Assembly (NCBI GenBank): GCA_965215185.1
Contig: OZ244034.1
Location: 2,432,001-2,496,000, forward strand
DNA length: 64,000 nucleotides
Origin: Acidimicrobiia bacterium
GTDB taxonomy: Bacteria > Actinomycetota > Acidimicrobiia > Spongiisociales > ZC4RG35
Direction: 5' to 3'
This document shows positions 1 to 9,495 of the stretch, one piece after another; position 1 is the first letter of the stretch, and each line of letters begins with the position of its first letter. The notes beneath the pieces are model-generated. The model searched no databases. It was not told the origin of the DNA and was given only the letters and a program-made list of their open reading frames with translations. Position numbers and translations under genes: made by a program.

Positions 1-281
1 ACAATCCGGGCGTCGACGCCGGTCAATTCCGGAGGGAACTCCAGATAATTCAGCCCGCCGAACCCCCCGCCCTGTTCCACCGGGTCATTTCGCCAGGTAA
101 CCCTGAACAGGTTGGCCGGGTGCAGGTCCCACAAGCCCACTCCCTTGAGTTGTTCTTTGATCGAGTCGGGCGCCGACTCGGGGGAGCGCATCTGGGCGAA
201 GGTGGGAATCAGTAGCCCCAGTTCAGCGGCTCGGCGAGCGGCCCGTTCCCGTACCTCAGGAACGATGGTCAGATCAATCAT
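1..281 (-). CDS. Probable PLP-dependent (fold type II) enzyme, N-terminal part; runs off the window edge
   Basis: Hand translation from ATG at 281: MIDLTIVPEVRERAARRAAELGLLIPTFAQMRSP...GVGLWDLHPANLFRVTWRNDPVEQGGGFGGLNYLEFPPELTGVDARI; purine-rich RBS (AAAAGGTAAAG); directly downstream of the thrC-like gene. Family recalled from memory; the PLP lysine lies outside the window. Confidence 0.6.
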   Translation of the reverse strand, partial: MIDLTIVPEVRERAARRAAELGLLIPTFAQMRSPESAPDSIKEQLKGVGLWDLHPANLFRVTWRNDPVEQGGGFGGLNYLEFPPELTGVDARI

Positions 282-355
282 GGCGCTTTACCTTTTGTAC
301 AACGTTTTTGGAAAGCTTAGCCACCAGCAGCGGGCTTTAGGAATCCCCTGCCCCT

Positions 356-1630
356 TTATCCGCCCAGGAAATGGCTGGACAACCGTTCAGCCAGGGCTTC
401 TATCTCGGGGTCAACAGTGAGCGGACCCTCGCCGCTTTCGGTCACCGCCCGCATGGCGGCGTCGATGTCCTTGAGACCGCTACCGGTGCTGATCACCACC
501 ACGCGTTCTCCCTCCTCCACCAAGCCCTCCCAGCGCGCCACCCTCAGTCCCGCCATAGCAGCCGCCGCCGCCGGTTCGGCGAACACGCCCATGCGCTGAC
601 CCATGGTGACCATCGCCGACAGTATCTGTTCATCGGAGACCTCCACGAATGCGCCCCCCGTCTCGGTCACCGCCGCCATTGCCTTGAAACGGTCCCGGGG
701 AAGATCGGCAGAGATGCTGTCGGCCACGGTCTTTGCTCGAATCGGTGGCTTGGTGTTGAGATCTTCGCCTCTCTTCCAAGCTTCGAACATATAAGCGCTC
801 CCCGCCGCCTGGGCCCCGATCAGCCTGGGAACACGGTCGATCCATCCCAGTCTGAGAAGGTCCAAGAAACCTTTGTGTACGCCGCCGATGATGCATCCGT
901 CCCCCACGCTCACCACCACCACATCAGGGACCTGATGGCCCAACTGTTCCCATATCTCATACGAGACGGTTTTCTTCCCCTCAGTCATATAGGGGTTGTA
1001 GCCGGTGTTGCGGTTGTACCAGCCGTATTCGCCGGAGGCCCACAGGCAGAGGTCGAAGGCCTGGTGATAGGAGCCATTCACGAGAGCCACAGTGGCGCCG
1101 AAGGAGAGCAGCTGGGCCACTTTCGGCTGGGGGGCGGTAGCTGGCACGAAGATGACGCTGGGAATCTCGGCAGCGGCACATAGGGCGGCCAAGGCTGCCC
1201 CGGCGTTTCCGGTGCTGGCGGCGGTGATAATGCTTGCCCCCTTTTCCTTGGCCTTGAGAACCGCCAAGGCCGATGCCCGATCTTTGAGAGAGGCCGTGGG
1301 CTGACGTCCCTCGTCTTTCACCCACAGCCGGACCTTCAAACCCCGTTCCAACACTCTTCCCCGCAGCAGAGGAGTGCCGCCCACCTGCAGGGGAGGGGGA
1401 TCGGCATCGGGAGAAACCGGAAGGAGTTGGCGATACCGCCAGATCGACCGGTCGGGATCGGAGGCAATCTGGTCGGGGCTGGTCAACCCGGCCAGGTACT
1501 CATAGTCGTACACAACCGACAGGGTGGCCGCTCCGCCGTGGTGGGGGCAAACATAGTCCACTTCCTCGGTTGAATAGAGTCGCCCGCACAGCAGGCAGGA
1601 AAGCCCAAGGACGGAACGGGTGGGTCGCAT
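356..1630 (-). CDS. thrC: Threonine synthase-like PLP enzyme
   Basis: N-terminal CxxC..CP, PTASLKDRA (PLP Lys), ASTGNAG, VGDG, EPAAAA and STGSGLKD motifs; start uncertain (1630 or 1645). Confidence 0.8.
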   Translation of the reverse strand: MRPTRSVLGLSCLLCGRLYSTEEVDYVCPHHGGAATLSVVYDYEYLAGLTSPDQIASDPDRSIWRYRQLLPVSPDADPPPLQVGGTPLLRGRVLERGLKVRLWVKDEGRQPTASLKDRASALAVLKAKEKGASIITAASTGNAGAALAALCAAAEIPSVIFVPATAPQPKVAQLLSFGATVALVNGSYHQAFDLCLWASGEYGWYNRNTGYNPYMTEGKKTVSYEIWEQLGHQVPDVVVVSVGDGCIIGGVHKGFLDLLRLGWIDRVPRLIGAQAAGSAYMFEAWKRGEDLNTKPPIRAKTVADSISADLPRDRFKAMAAVTETGGAFVEVSDEQILSAMVTMGQRMGVFAEPAAAAAMAGLRVARWEGLVEEGERVVVISTGSGLKDIDAAMRAVTESGEGPLTVDPEIEALAERLSSHFLGG

Positions 1631-1767
1631 CGGCAATACCTCCAAGACGCCGTACCGGGCCAGAGGAAAGATCCTCTGTTGAGGTGACTTGCGTCACCCG
1701 ATAATATATCCGGCCCCTCTAACCCCTTGAACCCAATCCTGATCCGGCGGGTAACATGCAAGTTTGG

Positions 1768-1844
1768 CGGGACGTGGCGCAGTATGGCAGCGCGCAGCGT
1801 TCGGGACGCTGAGGTCGCCGGTTCAAATCCGGCCGTCCCGACCA
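1768..1844 (+). tRNA. tRNA-Pro(CGG)
   Basis: Cloverleaf: CGGGACG/CGTCCCG acceptor, anticodon arm CAGCG-TTCGGGA-CGCTG, T-loop GGTTCAAATCC, encoded CCA. Confidence 0.97.
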
Positions 1845-1862
1845 ATCAGGGTGAATACCAGC

Positions 1863-3173
1863 CTAGGAAGAGTTCTGTGGATGGTCGGTTGCGGGGTCGA
1901 CCCATACTGCCAGACGCGAGATGCGCAAACGATCCATGGACAGCACTCGGAAAGTGACCCCATCCACCACGGTGCTGTCATCGGGGCGGGGGATCTTGCC
2001 CGACAGATAGAGGTACAGCCCCGCCACTGTGTCATAGGGGCCGGAAGGAAGCTCCCGGCCGATCATCTCGGCCAACTCTTCCACTTGCAGCCGGCCCTCC
2101 ACCATCCATCGACCGGGACCGGAGGGAAAGGCGATGGGAGCGTCAGGGTCGTGTTCATCCTGGATCCCTCCCACCAACTCGGAGACCAGGTCTTTGGCTG
2201 TAACCACCCCTTCCACCCCACCGTGCTCGTCGATCACCACCGCCAGACTGATCCGATTGCGCCGCATGACCATCACCGTGGAAAGGATCGGAAAGCTCTC
2301 GGGTATCACCAGTGGATCGCGGATCAGTTTTCCGGGGGCGATGGTCTCCGTGGCGGCGGGAGCCTCGTATCGCAACCAGTCCTTCACGTAGAGAACCCCC
2401 ACCAGATCATCGAGATCGCCTCCCGATCTAACCACCGGGTATCGGGAGTGGCCGGTCTGAGCCACCGCCTTCCGGATCTGTTCGAAATCAACCGGCGCCT
2501 CCAGGGAAATAACTTCCAAACGGGGTGTCATAACTTCCCGTACCGGGCGATCAGCCAATTCGAATAATTTCTCGATGATCTCCTGCTCGGCGACGTCGAT
2601 CTCTCCGGCCTCGGCGCTGAGTCCCGCCAAAGCCCGAATGTCCTCCTCGGTGGCGGGACTGAATGGCTCAGAGCGCACTCCTATCAGCCGCAGAACCACG
2701 GTGCTCACCGCCGAAAAGATCCGAGCAATCGGGCCAAGCCCTCGGGAGACCGCCCACAAGGTGGGCGCCACCCTCGACGCAAATTTCTCGGGGTGCCGGG
2801 AGGCAATGGTCTTGGGGGTGATCTCCCCAACCACCAAAATGATCGAAGTGAGCACCCCGGTGGCCAACCACGGTCCCCAGGCTTCTCCTGACTGAGGGTC
2901 GCTCACCGCCGTTATCAGGTCCACCGCCAAGATCGTGGCCAAAGAGGCGGCAAGGATGTTGACAAAGTTGTTGGCCACCAACAGCATGGCCAGGGTCTTC
3001 TCCAGTCTTTGGACCAAAAGCGCCACCTTTTCTCCCCTCCGGCCCTCCCTGGCCAATTGTGGAATTCGCTCGCGTGGCAAGGACAGGAGCGCTGTCTCAG
3101 AGCCGGAAAAAAACCCAGAGGCCACGATGCACAGGATGATTCCCGCCACCGCTGCAATCTGAAAGGAGGTCAC
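1863..3173 (-). CDS. Hemolysin/CNNM family protein (DUF21 + CBS pair + CorC_HlyC)
   Basis: SGFFSGSETAL, GEITPK, VREVMTPR, HSRYPV, DEHGGVEGVVT; GTG at 3173 overlaps the upstream TGA (GTGA). Confidence 0.9.
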   Translation of the reverse strand: MTSFQIAAVAGIILCIVASGFFSGSETALLSLPRERIPQLAREGRRGEKVALLVQRLEKTLAMLLVANNFVNILAASLATILAVDLITAVSDPQSGEAWGPWLATGVLTSIILVVGEITPKTIASRHPEKFASRVAPTLWAVSRGLGPIARIFSAVSTVVLRLIGVRSEPFSPATEEDIRALAGLSAEAGEIDVAEQEIIEKLFELADRPVREVMTPRLEVISLEAPVDFEQIRKAVAQTGHSRYPVVRSGGDLDDLVGVLYVKDWLRYEAPAATETIAPGKLIRDPLVIPESFPILSTVMVMRRNRISLAVVIDEHGGVEGVVTAKDLVSELVGGIQDEHDPDAPIAFPSGPGRWMVEGRLQVEELAEMIGRELPSGPYDTVAGLYLYLSGKIPRPDDSTVVDGVTFRVLSMDRLRISRLAVWVDPATDHPQNSS

Positions 3174-3574
3174 GAACCTGGTTGGGACCCCGTCCCGGGA
3201 GAGTGCAGTTTGCCCACGCCGTCCAGAGCCGAGCGAAGTTGATGGGCGGTGAAGGGCTTCAACACCCAATCCGCCGCCCCCGCTCGGCGAGCCAGGAAGG
3301 CATCAGCAGAACGATCCAATAGCAGTATGACCGGCAAGGGCGAAACGGAGCGTGTGGCCCTTGCTTCCCGGATCGCCCTGCACAAAGCCATGCCTCCCAT
3401 ATTTCCCACCTGCATGTCCACCACCACTATCGACCCCGTCTCAACGGCGCCTATCCGCTGGATTGCCTCATGGGGATCATCGATAACGGCTATCTCATGA
3501 CGGGTATCATCGGTGGCCGACAATACGTCGTTGCGAACCCAGGGGGCCTCGGCAACGAGAAAGATGCTGGTCAT
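3170..3574 (-). CDS. Stand-alone receiver-domain protein (atypical)
   Basis: VVDMQVGNMGGMALCRAI...GAADWVLKPF receiver fold; no output domain. Confidence 0.8.
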   Translation of the reverse strand: MTSIFLVAEAPWVRNDVLSATDDTRHEIAVIDDPHEAIQRIGAVETGSIVVVDMQVGNMGGMALCRAIREARATRSVSPLPVILLLDRSADAFLARRAGAADWVLKPFTAHQLRSALDGVGKLHSPGTGSQPGS

Positions 3575-3646
3575 TTCAAACAACAAGGGTACCGGTCCCA
3601 AGCTATCTCCGTTTCCGCGAAACCGGTCTGTGCCAGGACTGCGGCG

Positions 3647-4972
3647 TTGATCAGTAGAAACCGTTTGCGAGCCGTCAGCCTCTTCTTCGGAATAGCGGCG
3701 ATAGTCTGGGCCCTTCTCACACCTGTCGGATTGACGGCGGCCAAAGCCCTACCGACCACTATCGAGTTGGTGGCTGTGGAAGGCGCCGTTCACAATGCAA
3801 CAGTCCACTTCATTCTTAATGCCATAGATGATGCCGCCCGAACCCGGTGGCCGGGCCACGAGTCCTTGGGAAAAGTAGAACTTGTGATTCTGATGATCGA
3901 CTCTCCGGGGGTGGTGGCCGACCCCGAACTGTTCGCCGACCTTGTGGAGGTGGTCCGCCACCCGCCCCTCCCTCTGGGGGTGTGGGTAGGGCCTGCTCCG
4001 GCGGTGGCCTACGGCGGGGTGGCCCAACTGGTTTCCTTGGCCCCTATCCGTTCCGCCGCGCCCGGAGTAGAGATAGGCCACTGGCAGCCCACCCTGGTCG
4101 GCGAGACAGACGGCGCCACTTTGTTGGAGGGCGCCTATGCAGCGAATGCCGGAGTCTTACAGGTAGACGGTCCTATTCCGGGACTCATCGATCTGTCTTC
4201 GGCCGATACGGCATCACCCCGGCAACTGTTGCAACTGCTCAACGGGACCAGCTTCGACCTTGATAGAGAGACCATCAATCTGACAACCACTCGACCCTTC
4301 GTCGGTGAGGACGGAGAGGAAGGCGTAACGGTCCTGGAGACCGTGCTCCGCCGCCCGGGCCTGTGGACCCAGTTGGTCGGATTGTCCACCCGCCCCGAAG
4401 TTGCCTTCTTTTTCCTGATGGCCGGGCTGACAATCGCGGTTTTCGAGTTCTATGCGGTGGGCCCCGGGGTAGCCGCGGTGATAGCCGCCATCTCGCTCGG
4501 CCTCGGCGCCTATGGTCCGGCTTCCCTTCCCATTCGATGGTGGGCACTGGCCCTCATGCTGGCGGGGGTGGGACTGCTTGCCTTCTCTTATCAGCGAGGA
4601 GGAGTCCTGCTCCTGTCAACGACCGGAATGGCCGCGGTAGCCTCTTCGGGTCTCTTCCTGTTCGACGCCGCTCCTCAGATCACCTTGGGTTGGGCAGGAT
4701 GGGCGCTCACCGTGGCGGCGGTGGCTTTTTTCTTCCTGCTGGCTATGCCGACCGTGGCCCGGGTCCGGTTCAGTTCACCTGTTATAGGAAGAGAGGAACT
4801 GGTGGGCGAGATAGGACAGGCGATCAATGATCTCACTCCGGACGGGGTTGTGGAAGTGGGCGGCGGAAGGTGGAAAGCCACGTCTCAACGCGCCGCCGCC
4901 CTGCGCGCCGGGGACCAGATAAGGGTTGCGGGGGTACATGGAGATACACTGGAAGTAACCCCTGTCGATTGA
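3647..4972 (+). CDS. NfeD family membrane protein
   Basis: IDSPG ClpP-like N-domain, several TM helices, C-terminal OB domain (GREELVGEIG...GVVEVGGGRWKA); start uncertain. Confidence 0.8.
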   Translation: MISRNRLRAVSLFFGIAAIVWALLTPVGLTAAKALPTTIELVAVEGAVHNATVHFILNAIDDAARTRWPGHESLGKVELVILMIDSPGVVADPELFADLVEVVRHPPLPLGVWVGPAPAVAYGGVAQLVSLAPIRSAAPGVEIGHWQPTLVGETDGATLLEGAYAANAGVLQVDGPIPGLIDLSSADTASPRQLLQLLNGTSFDLDRETINLTTTRPFVGEDGEEGVTVLETVLRRPGLWTQLVGLSTRPEVAFFFLMAGLTIAVFEFYAVGPGVAAVIAAISLGLGAYGPASLPIRWWALALMLAGVGLLAFSYQRGGVLLLSTTGMAAVASSGLFLFDAAPQITLGWAGWALTVAAVAFFFLLAMPTVARVRFSSPVIGREELVGEIGQAINDLTPDGVVEVGGGRWKATSQRAAALRAGDQIRVAGVHGDTLEVTPVD

Positions 4973-4990
4973 GGAGTGGAAAGATTTTCC

Positions 4991-5019
4991 TTGACATCCC
5001 GCCGAGACCGTTCTATTTT
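4991..5019 (+). promoter_or_regulatory. Putative housekeeping-sigma promoter for the whiB-family gene
   Basis: TTGACA (4991-4996), 17 bp spacer, TATTTT (5014-5019); GGAGG RBS before ATG 5050. Confidence 0.6.
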
Positions 5020-5049
5020 TAGGCAATCGGAAGCGGACGGAGGTCCCCC

Positions 5050-5310
5050 ATGGCTGGCATGAATACCAACTGGCAAAGACAGGCTCTGTGCAAAGGAGTC
5101 AGATCAAGTCTCTTCTTTCCACCAAGCACCTCGGAGAAAAAGGACGAAAAGGGGCGGCGGGAAAACCGCGCCAAAGCAATATGCGGGCGATGTAGGGTGG
5201 TAAACCCCTGTCGGCAGTACGCGTTAACCCTCAAAGAGCCCTACGGCATATGGGGGGGTTTGAACGAGTCCGAACGCAACCTACTCCTTGTCCGGGCCGC
5301 CGCCAGCTAG
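5050..5310 (+). CDS. WhiB family Fe-S transcriptional regulator (WhiB3/WhiD-like)
   Basis: W..ALC, AKAICGRCRVVNPC, EPYGIWGGLNESER; four conserved Cys. Confidence 0.93.
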   Translation: MAGMNTNWQRQALCKGVRSSLFFPPSTSEKKDEKGRRENRAKAICGRCRVVNPCRQYALTLKEPYGIWGGLNESERNLLLVRAAAS

Positions 5311-5418
5311 AGAAACATTGCTCTGTTTCGCCTCCTTTAGGGACTGAACAAACGACAATTCTTGCCTCGGCTCTTCTCGGATAACATGACGTGGTGACGA
5401 TAGACAGGAGTACCTCTG

Positions 5419-5826
5419 ATGCTTTCTTTCAATGATTTGAACTGGTTGGCCATTCTGGTGGCCGCGGTGGCCTTTTTCGCATTGGGTGCCTTGTGGTACC
5501 AGCCGAAGGTGATGGGGAACAAGTGGATGAAGGCCGCCGGGGTGGATCCTTCTGAGGCTTCGCCAAATCCCTGGATCTTCGTGGGGACCCTGATCGCCTA
5601 CTTCCTGATGGCGATGGTTCTCGCCTTGATCGCCCAAGGTATCGGAGCATCTTCGGTCGGCGACGGGTTAGTGCTTGGGCTGTTCACCGGCATGGTGTTC
5701 GTAGGCGCCCAGGCATGGGTCAACGCCACCTACGAGGGCAGATCACTGGATCTGGTGCTGGTGAATGGGGGAGTCGGCGTTCTCGGCCACGTGATCATGG
5801 GAATCATTGTCTCAGTGTGGACATGA
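5419..5826 (+). CDS. DUF1761 family membrane protein
   Basis: NWLAILVAAVAFFALGALWY..MGNKW pattern, 4 TM helices, AGGAG RBS. Confidence 0.8.
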   Translation: MLSFNDLNWLAILVAAVAFFALGALWYQPKVMGNKWMKAAGVDPSEASPNPWIFVGTLIAYFLMAMVLALIAQGIGASSVGDGLVLGLFTGMVFVGAQAWVNATYEGRSLDLVLVNGGVGVLGHVIMGIIVSVWT

Positions 5827-5909
5827 GCCCCTCCCCGAACGGATAGGCATCGGCAGAGATTGAAGCCGTCCGCCCCAATCGGTGAGCTGCAAGCAAGCGC
5901 ATGAATCCT

Positions 5910-7694
5910 CTAGGAAACCAGATAACGGAGATCTCCCCGACGGCGGGTTATCCCTTGTTTGTCCGTCCACTCCATGAATGGGACTGCATACTTGCGTGAC
6001 AGCCCCGCCGCCGCCCGGAAGGCGCTGACGGTAAAGGGCTGCTCCAAATCCCCGGCGGTACGAAGCAACCCTTCCACCTGTTCGGGCAAATAGCAGATCG
6101 AAGAACTGATCCTCACCAATAGACCGGTTCGCACGAGGGCATGCGCCAAGTCTTCGTCCAGACCGAGTTCCACCGGCGAGGGCGTCAGCAGTCCTCCCTC
6201 CGTAAGTTGCCGGTGCGCCGTGACCCAGTCCGGCGCTTGGGCAGGGTCAAGGTCCGTGCGTGCCTCCGGGTCCCTAATCACCGTCCCCTCCACCCGCAAA
6301 CGAGGATGCGAATCCACCAGCTTCATCAAGAGGGCCTGTTCGATCCCCAACGCCGAGGCGACTAGGGCGGCAGGCATCCCCATTCGGTAGGGGCGCTCCC
6401 GCTGATAACGCCTTATGGCTTCTTCGAGTTGGGCGGTGATCGACTGGGCCGCTTCCTCGGACACAGCCATCCCCTCCGCCGTTACGGACCTGTTCGGAAC
6501 ACCTCCTCGGGTGTGGGCCGCCAGCGCGGCAAGGGATGCCATTCCTCGCGCCACCAACAACCCATCGGCCTGCTCCACGGACGAAACCCCGGTCAAGGTC
6601 CGTAAGAGCTGTCCGTGCCGACGCCGCCGGGCGAAGGAATCGGGAGGGGAGGGATCTATCACCCGGCCACCACCCACCACCATCCGTCGTCCTGTCTCCC
6701 GCAGCACAAACCGGTCCCCCATTGCCAGGCAAAGGGGCGTGGCCAGCTGTAGATGCACCAACACCGAGCCGGGCCCCTTCTCCAAAGGGGTGAACCGCAC
6801 CGGCCAGGCCCCGCTCCCCACATGAAGGTGATAGGCTCCCCGGGCAGATAATCCCTTTACGTACCGGGCGGGGCGCACTACGGCCAGCACCGAGTCGGTG
6901 CTGTGCCATTGCTCGGGAGAAGTTAACATGCTTCCCCTTTCCGGGGTATGGCGACCCAGCCCGGCCAGGTTTGCTGCCACTCGCCAACCAGGGCCCACCT
7001 GCTTTAGGGCTTGTCCATGAGATTCCAGCCCTCTGATGCGAGCCGCGGCCCGGCCCGGCCAGATCTCCACCCGATCTCCCACCGCCAGTTCACCGTCTAG
7101 CAGGGTGCCGGTAACCACCGTTCCCGCGCCCTTGATAGTGAAGGCGCGGTCGATCCATAGCCGGGGCCTATCCCGGTCCTCCGGGATGTACCCCATCAGC
7201 GCCTCCTCCAAACCCTGGGCCACCTCCGTCAGCCCTATGCCCTGCACCGCGGACACCCGGATCACCGGCCATCGATCGGCAACGGTCCCCGACATCTGTT
7301 CGGCAATGTCCATCTCCACCAGGGAAGCCAGCTCTTCATCCACCAGATCGACCTTGGTGAGCGCCACCACCCCCCGGGAGACTTCCAGCAAATCGAGGAC
7401 CGCCAGATGCTCCTCGGACTGAGGCATCCAACTCTCGTTGGCCGCCACCAAGAACAATGCGACATCGATAGCCTCGATCCCGGCCAGCATATTTTTTATA
7501 AACCGCTCATGGCCGGGCACATCCACAAAGGAAACTTTCCGGCCGCCGGGGAGATCGGCCCACGCAAAACCCAAATCGATGGTGAGGCCGCGGCGACGCT
7601 CTTCGGCCCAGCGGTCAGGGTTGATGCCGGTGAGGGCGGCTATAAGTGTGGACTTGCCATGGTCAACGTGACCGGCTGTCCCGATTACCGGCAT
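5910..7694 (-). CDS. selB: Selenocysteine-specific elongation factor
   Basis: GTAGHVDHGKS, TIDLGF, DVPGHE and TKVD GTPase motifs; C-terminal winged helix SRKYAVPFME; coupled to selA. Confidence 0.95.
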   Translation of the reverse strand: MPVIGTAGHVDHGKSTLIAALTGINPDRWAEERRRGLTIDLGFAWADLPGGRKVSFVDVPGHERFIKNMLAGIEAIDVALFLVAANESWMPQSEEHLAVLDLLEVSRGVVALTKVDLVDEELASLVEMDIAEQMSGTVADRWPVIRVSAVQGIGLTEVAQGLEEALMGYIPEDRDRPRLWIDRAFTIKGAGTVVTGTLLDGELAVGDRVEIWPGRAAARIRGLESHGQALKQVGPGWRVAANLAGLGRHTPERGSMLTSPEQWHSTDSVLAVVRPARYVKGLSARGAYHLHVGSGAWPVRFTPLEKGPGSVLVHLQLATPLCLAMGDRFVLRETGRRMVVGGGRVIDPSPPDSFARRRRHGQLLRTLTGVSSVEQADGLLVARGMASLAALAAHTRGGVPNRSVTAEGMAVSEEAAQSITAQLEEAIRRYQRERPYRMGMPAALVASALGIEQALLMKLVDSHPRLRVEGTVIRDPEARTDLDPAQAPDWVTAHRQLTEGGLLTPSPVELGLDEDLAHALVRTGLLVRISSSICYLPEQVEGLLRTAGDLEQPFTVSAFRAAAGLSRKYAVPFMEWTDKQGITRRRGDLRYLVS

Positions 7695-9013
7695 GCCACC
7701 CGAAGGGCTGTCGCCAATGCCTGGTCATCGCTGGGAGAAACGGTGCGCAAATCTACTTTCAACCGACCTCGCTCCCGACGGGCAACCACCGGAGGATCCG
7801 ACCTCAGCAACCGCCCAAAAGCCCGGTCGGCGCGCCCTTCGATCGCCATCACCGGACCGGATATTACTGCCCCGGGAACACTCCCCGCCCCGGGTGTGGC
7901 CGCCCCTTCTTCGATAACAGCCACTATCCCTGCGACTTCGATCACATGTCCAATTCGTTTCTCCAGGACCGTTCGATCCAAACCAGCCATCTTCCAAAAG
8001 GGAACCTGTTCCGCCCGACCGTCAGCGTACGCTTCGGCAGTGGACACCAGGGCGGCAGCGGTTGGACCGTCGATGCGCAGAGCGCGGGCCGCCGGATGCC
8101 GCCGAAGCCGGGACACCAGTTCCGCCCGTCCGACGATGATTCCCGCCTGTGGCCCGCCGAACAGCTTGTCGCCGGAGAACAGCACCAGGTCCGCCCCCGC
8201 TTCCAGGCTCTGAATCACTCCCGGCTCTCCCGCCAACCAAGAAGGGGGCGGCCCCGACCACCAGGGAACCCGCTCGTCGATCAAGCCACTCCCCGCATCG
8301 AAAACCAGTGGCGCCTCCACCGACGCGGCCAACGAGGAAAGCTCCTCCAACGTCGCTTCCTCCGAAAACCCGACTATCCGGTAATTAGAGGGGTGGACCT
8401 TCAGCAACAGTGCCGTGTCGGGACCAAGCGCCCGTCGGTAGTCGTCAGAACGAGTGCGGTTGGTGGTACCCACCTCCACCAGTTCGGCGCCCGAAGCCTC
8501 CATCAACTCCGGAAGTCGATAAGAACCCCCTATCTCAATCAACTCCGAGCGGGAGACCGGGACCTCTTTCCCTGCAGCCAGGGCCATCAGGGTCAGGAGC
8601 AGGGCGCCGGCATTGTTGTTCACCACCAGGGCCGCCTCAGCCCCGGTTATCAAGGTCATCAGCCGATGCAAATACCCAGACCGCCCTCCCCGATCACCCT
8701 GAGTGAGATCCAACTCCGTATTGGAATAGCCGGCCGCCACTTCCCGCCCCATATCCACGGAACCCGAATGCCACGGAGCGCGGCCCAGGTTGGTATGGAG
8801 CAATACCCCCGTGGCGTTGATAACCCGAACCGGGCGACTGCGTTTCACATCGGCCAAGACGCGTCCCGCATCGTCTTCGGTCCACACCTCTCCGTGCTCA
8901 CGAGCGCTGGCTATTGCCTGTCTCATCACCTGGACAACCAGACTGCGAGGCAGGGATCCGTCGTACAGAGAACCGGCCAACCGGTCTACGGATGGGAACC
9001 TTTTCTTCTCCAT
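7685..9013 (-). CDS. selA: L-seryl-tRNA(Sec) selenium transferase
   Basis: VINATGVLLHTNLGRA, VNNNAGA, EIGGSYR, EVGTTN, FSGDKLFGGPQAG. Confidence 0.96.
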   Translation of the reverse strand: MEKKRFPSVDRLAGSLYDGSLPRSLVVQVMRQAIASAREHGEVWTEDDAGRVLADVKRSRPVRVINATGVLLHTNLGRAPWHSGSVDMGREVAAGYSNTELDLTQGDRGGRSGYLHRLMTLITGAEAALVVNNNAGALLLTLMALAAGKEVPVSRSELIEIGGSYRLPELMEASGAELVEVGTTNRTRSDDYRRALGPDTALLLKVHPSNYRIVGFSEEATLEELSSLAASVEAPLVFDAGSGLIDERVPWWSGPPPSWLAGEPGVIQSLEAGADLVLFSGDKLFGGPQAGIIVGRAELVSRLRRHPAARALRIDGPTAAALVSTAEAYADGRAEQVPFWKMAGLDRTVLEKRIGHVIEVAGIVAVIEEGAATPGAGSVPGAVISGPVMAIEGRADRAFGRLLRSDPPVVARRERGRLKVDLRTVSPSDDQALATALRVACR

Positions 9014-9096
9014 GTCGTGGAAGGCTACCGAGCCCCGGTTTCCCCGGCCTGAAAGGGGATATCGCTACCTCGTTAAGAGGGGTATCGTTAGATCCG

Positions 9097-9495
9097 ATGT
9101 GGCGCCTAGTAGTTTTTGTGGGAGTTCCGCTACTGGAGCTTTATGTGCTGTCTTTGGTGGAGGATCGGATAGGCCTGATCAATACCCTAGGCCTGGTGGT
9201 GGCCACTGGCATGTTGGGAGCGGTGGTCATGAAGAGACAGGGCGCCGAGGTGTGGAGATCGGCGCAGATGCGAATGGCTCGGGGAGAAATCCCCGCCGAA
9301 GAAATCCTCGGGGGCATGATGGTGCTGGTAGGGGGCGCCATGATGATCACCCCGGGAATTATCACCGATGCAGTGGGGCTTTTGCTGATGGTCCCCGCGG
9401 TCAGAAGCCTGATCATTCCCTCTTGGTCCAAGAAGAGATTCTTCATGACCTTCAACGACCGTGACGAGGGGGTCTATGACATCGGCCCTTCCTAG
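9097..9495 (+). CDS. fxsA: FxsA family membrane protein
   Basis: VPLLELY...MKRQG...GGAMMITPGIITDAVGLLL. Confidence 0.85.
   Translation: MWRLVVFVGVPLLELYVLSLVEDRIGLINTLGLVVATGMLGAVVMKRQGAEVWRSAQMRMARGEIPAEEILGGMMVLVGGAMMITPGIITDAVGLLLMVPAVRSLIIPSWSKKRFFMTFNDRDEGVYDIGPS

Noticed and set aside
1768-1862. Prophage or island integrated at tRNA-Pro
   Set aside because: Flanked by ordinary genes, with no adjacent integrase and no duplicated tRNA 3' end noticed in the window.
7646-9052. Long antisense ORFs (468 aa here; also 36924-38252, 54261-55319 and others)
   Set aside because: They are opposite-strand shadows of well-supported genes in high-GC DNA and carry no recognisable motifs.
5827-9096. 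tRNA-Sec (selC) near selAB
   Set aside because: No cloverleaf with a TCA anticodon is seen in the flanking intergenic regions.
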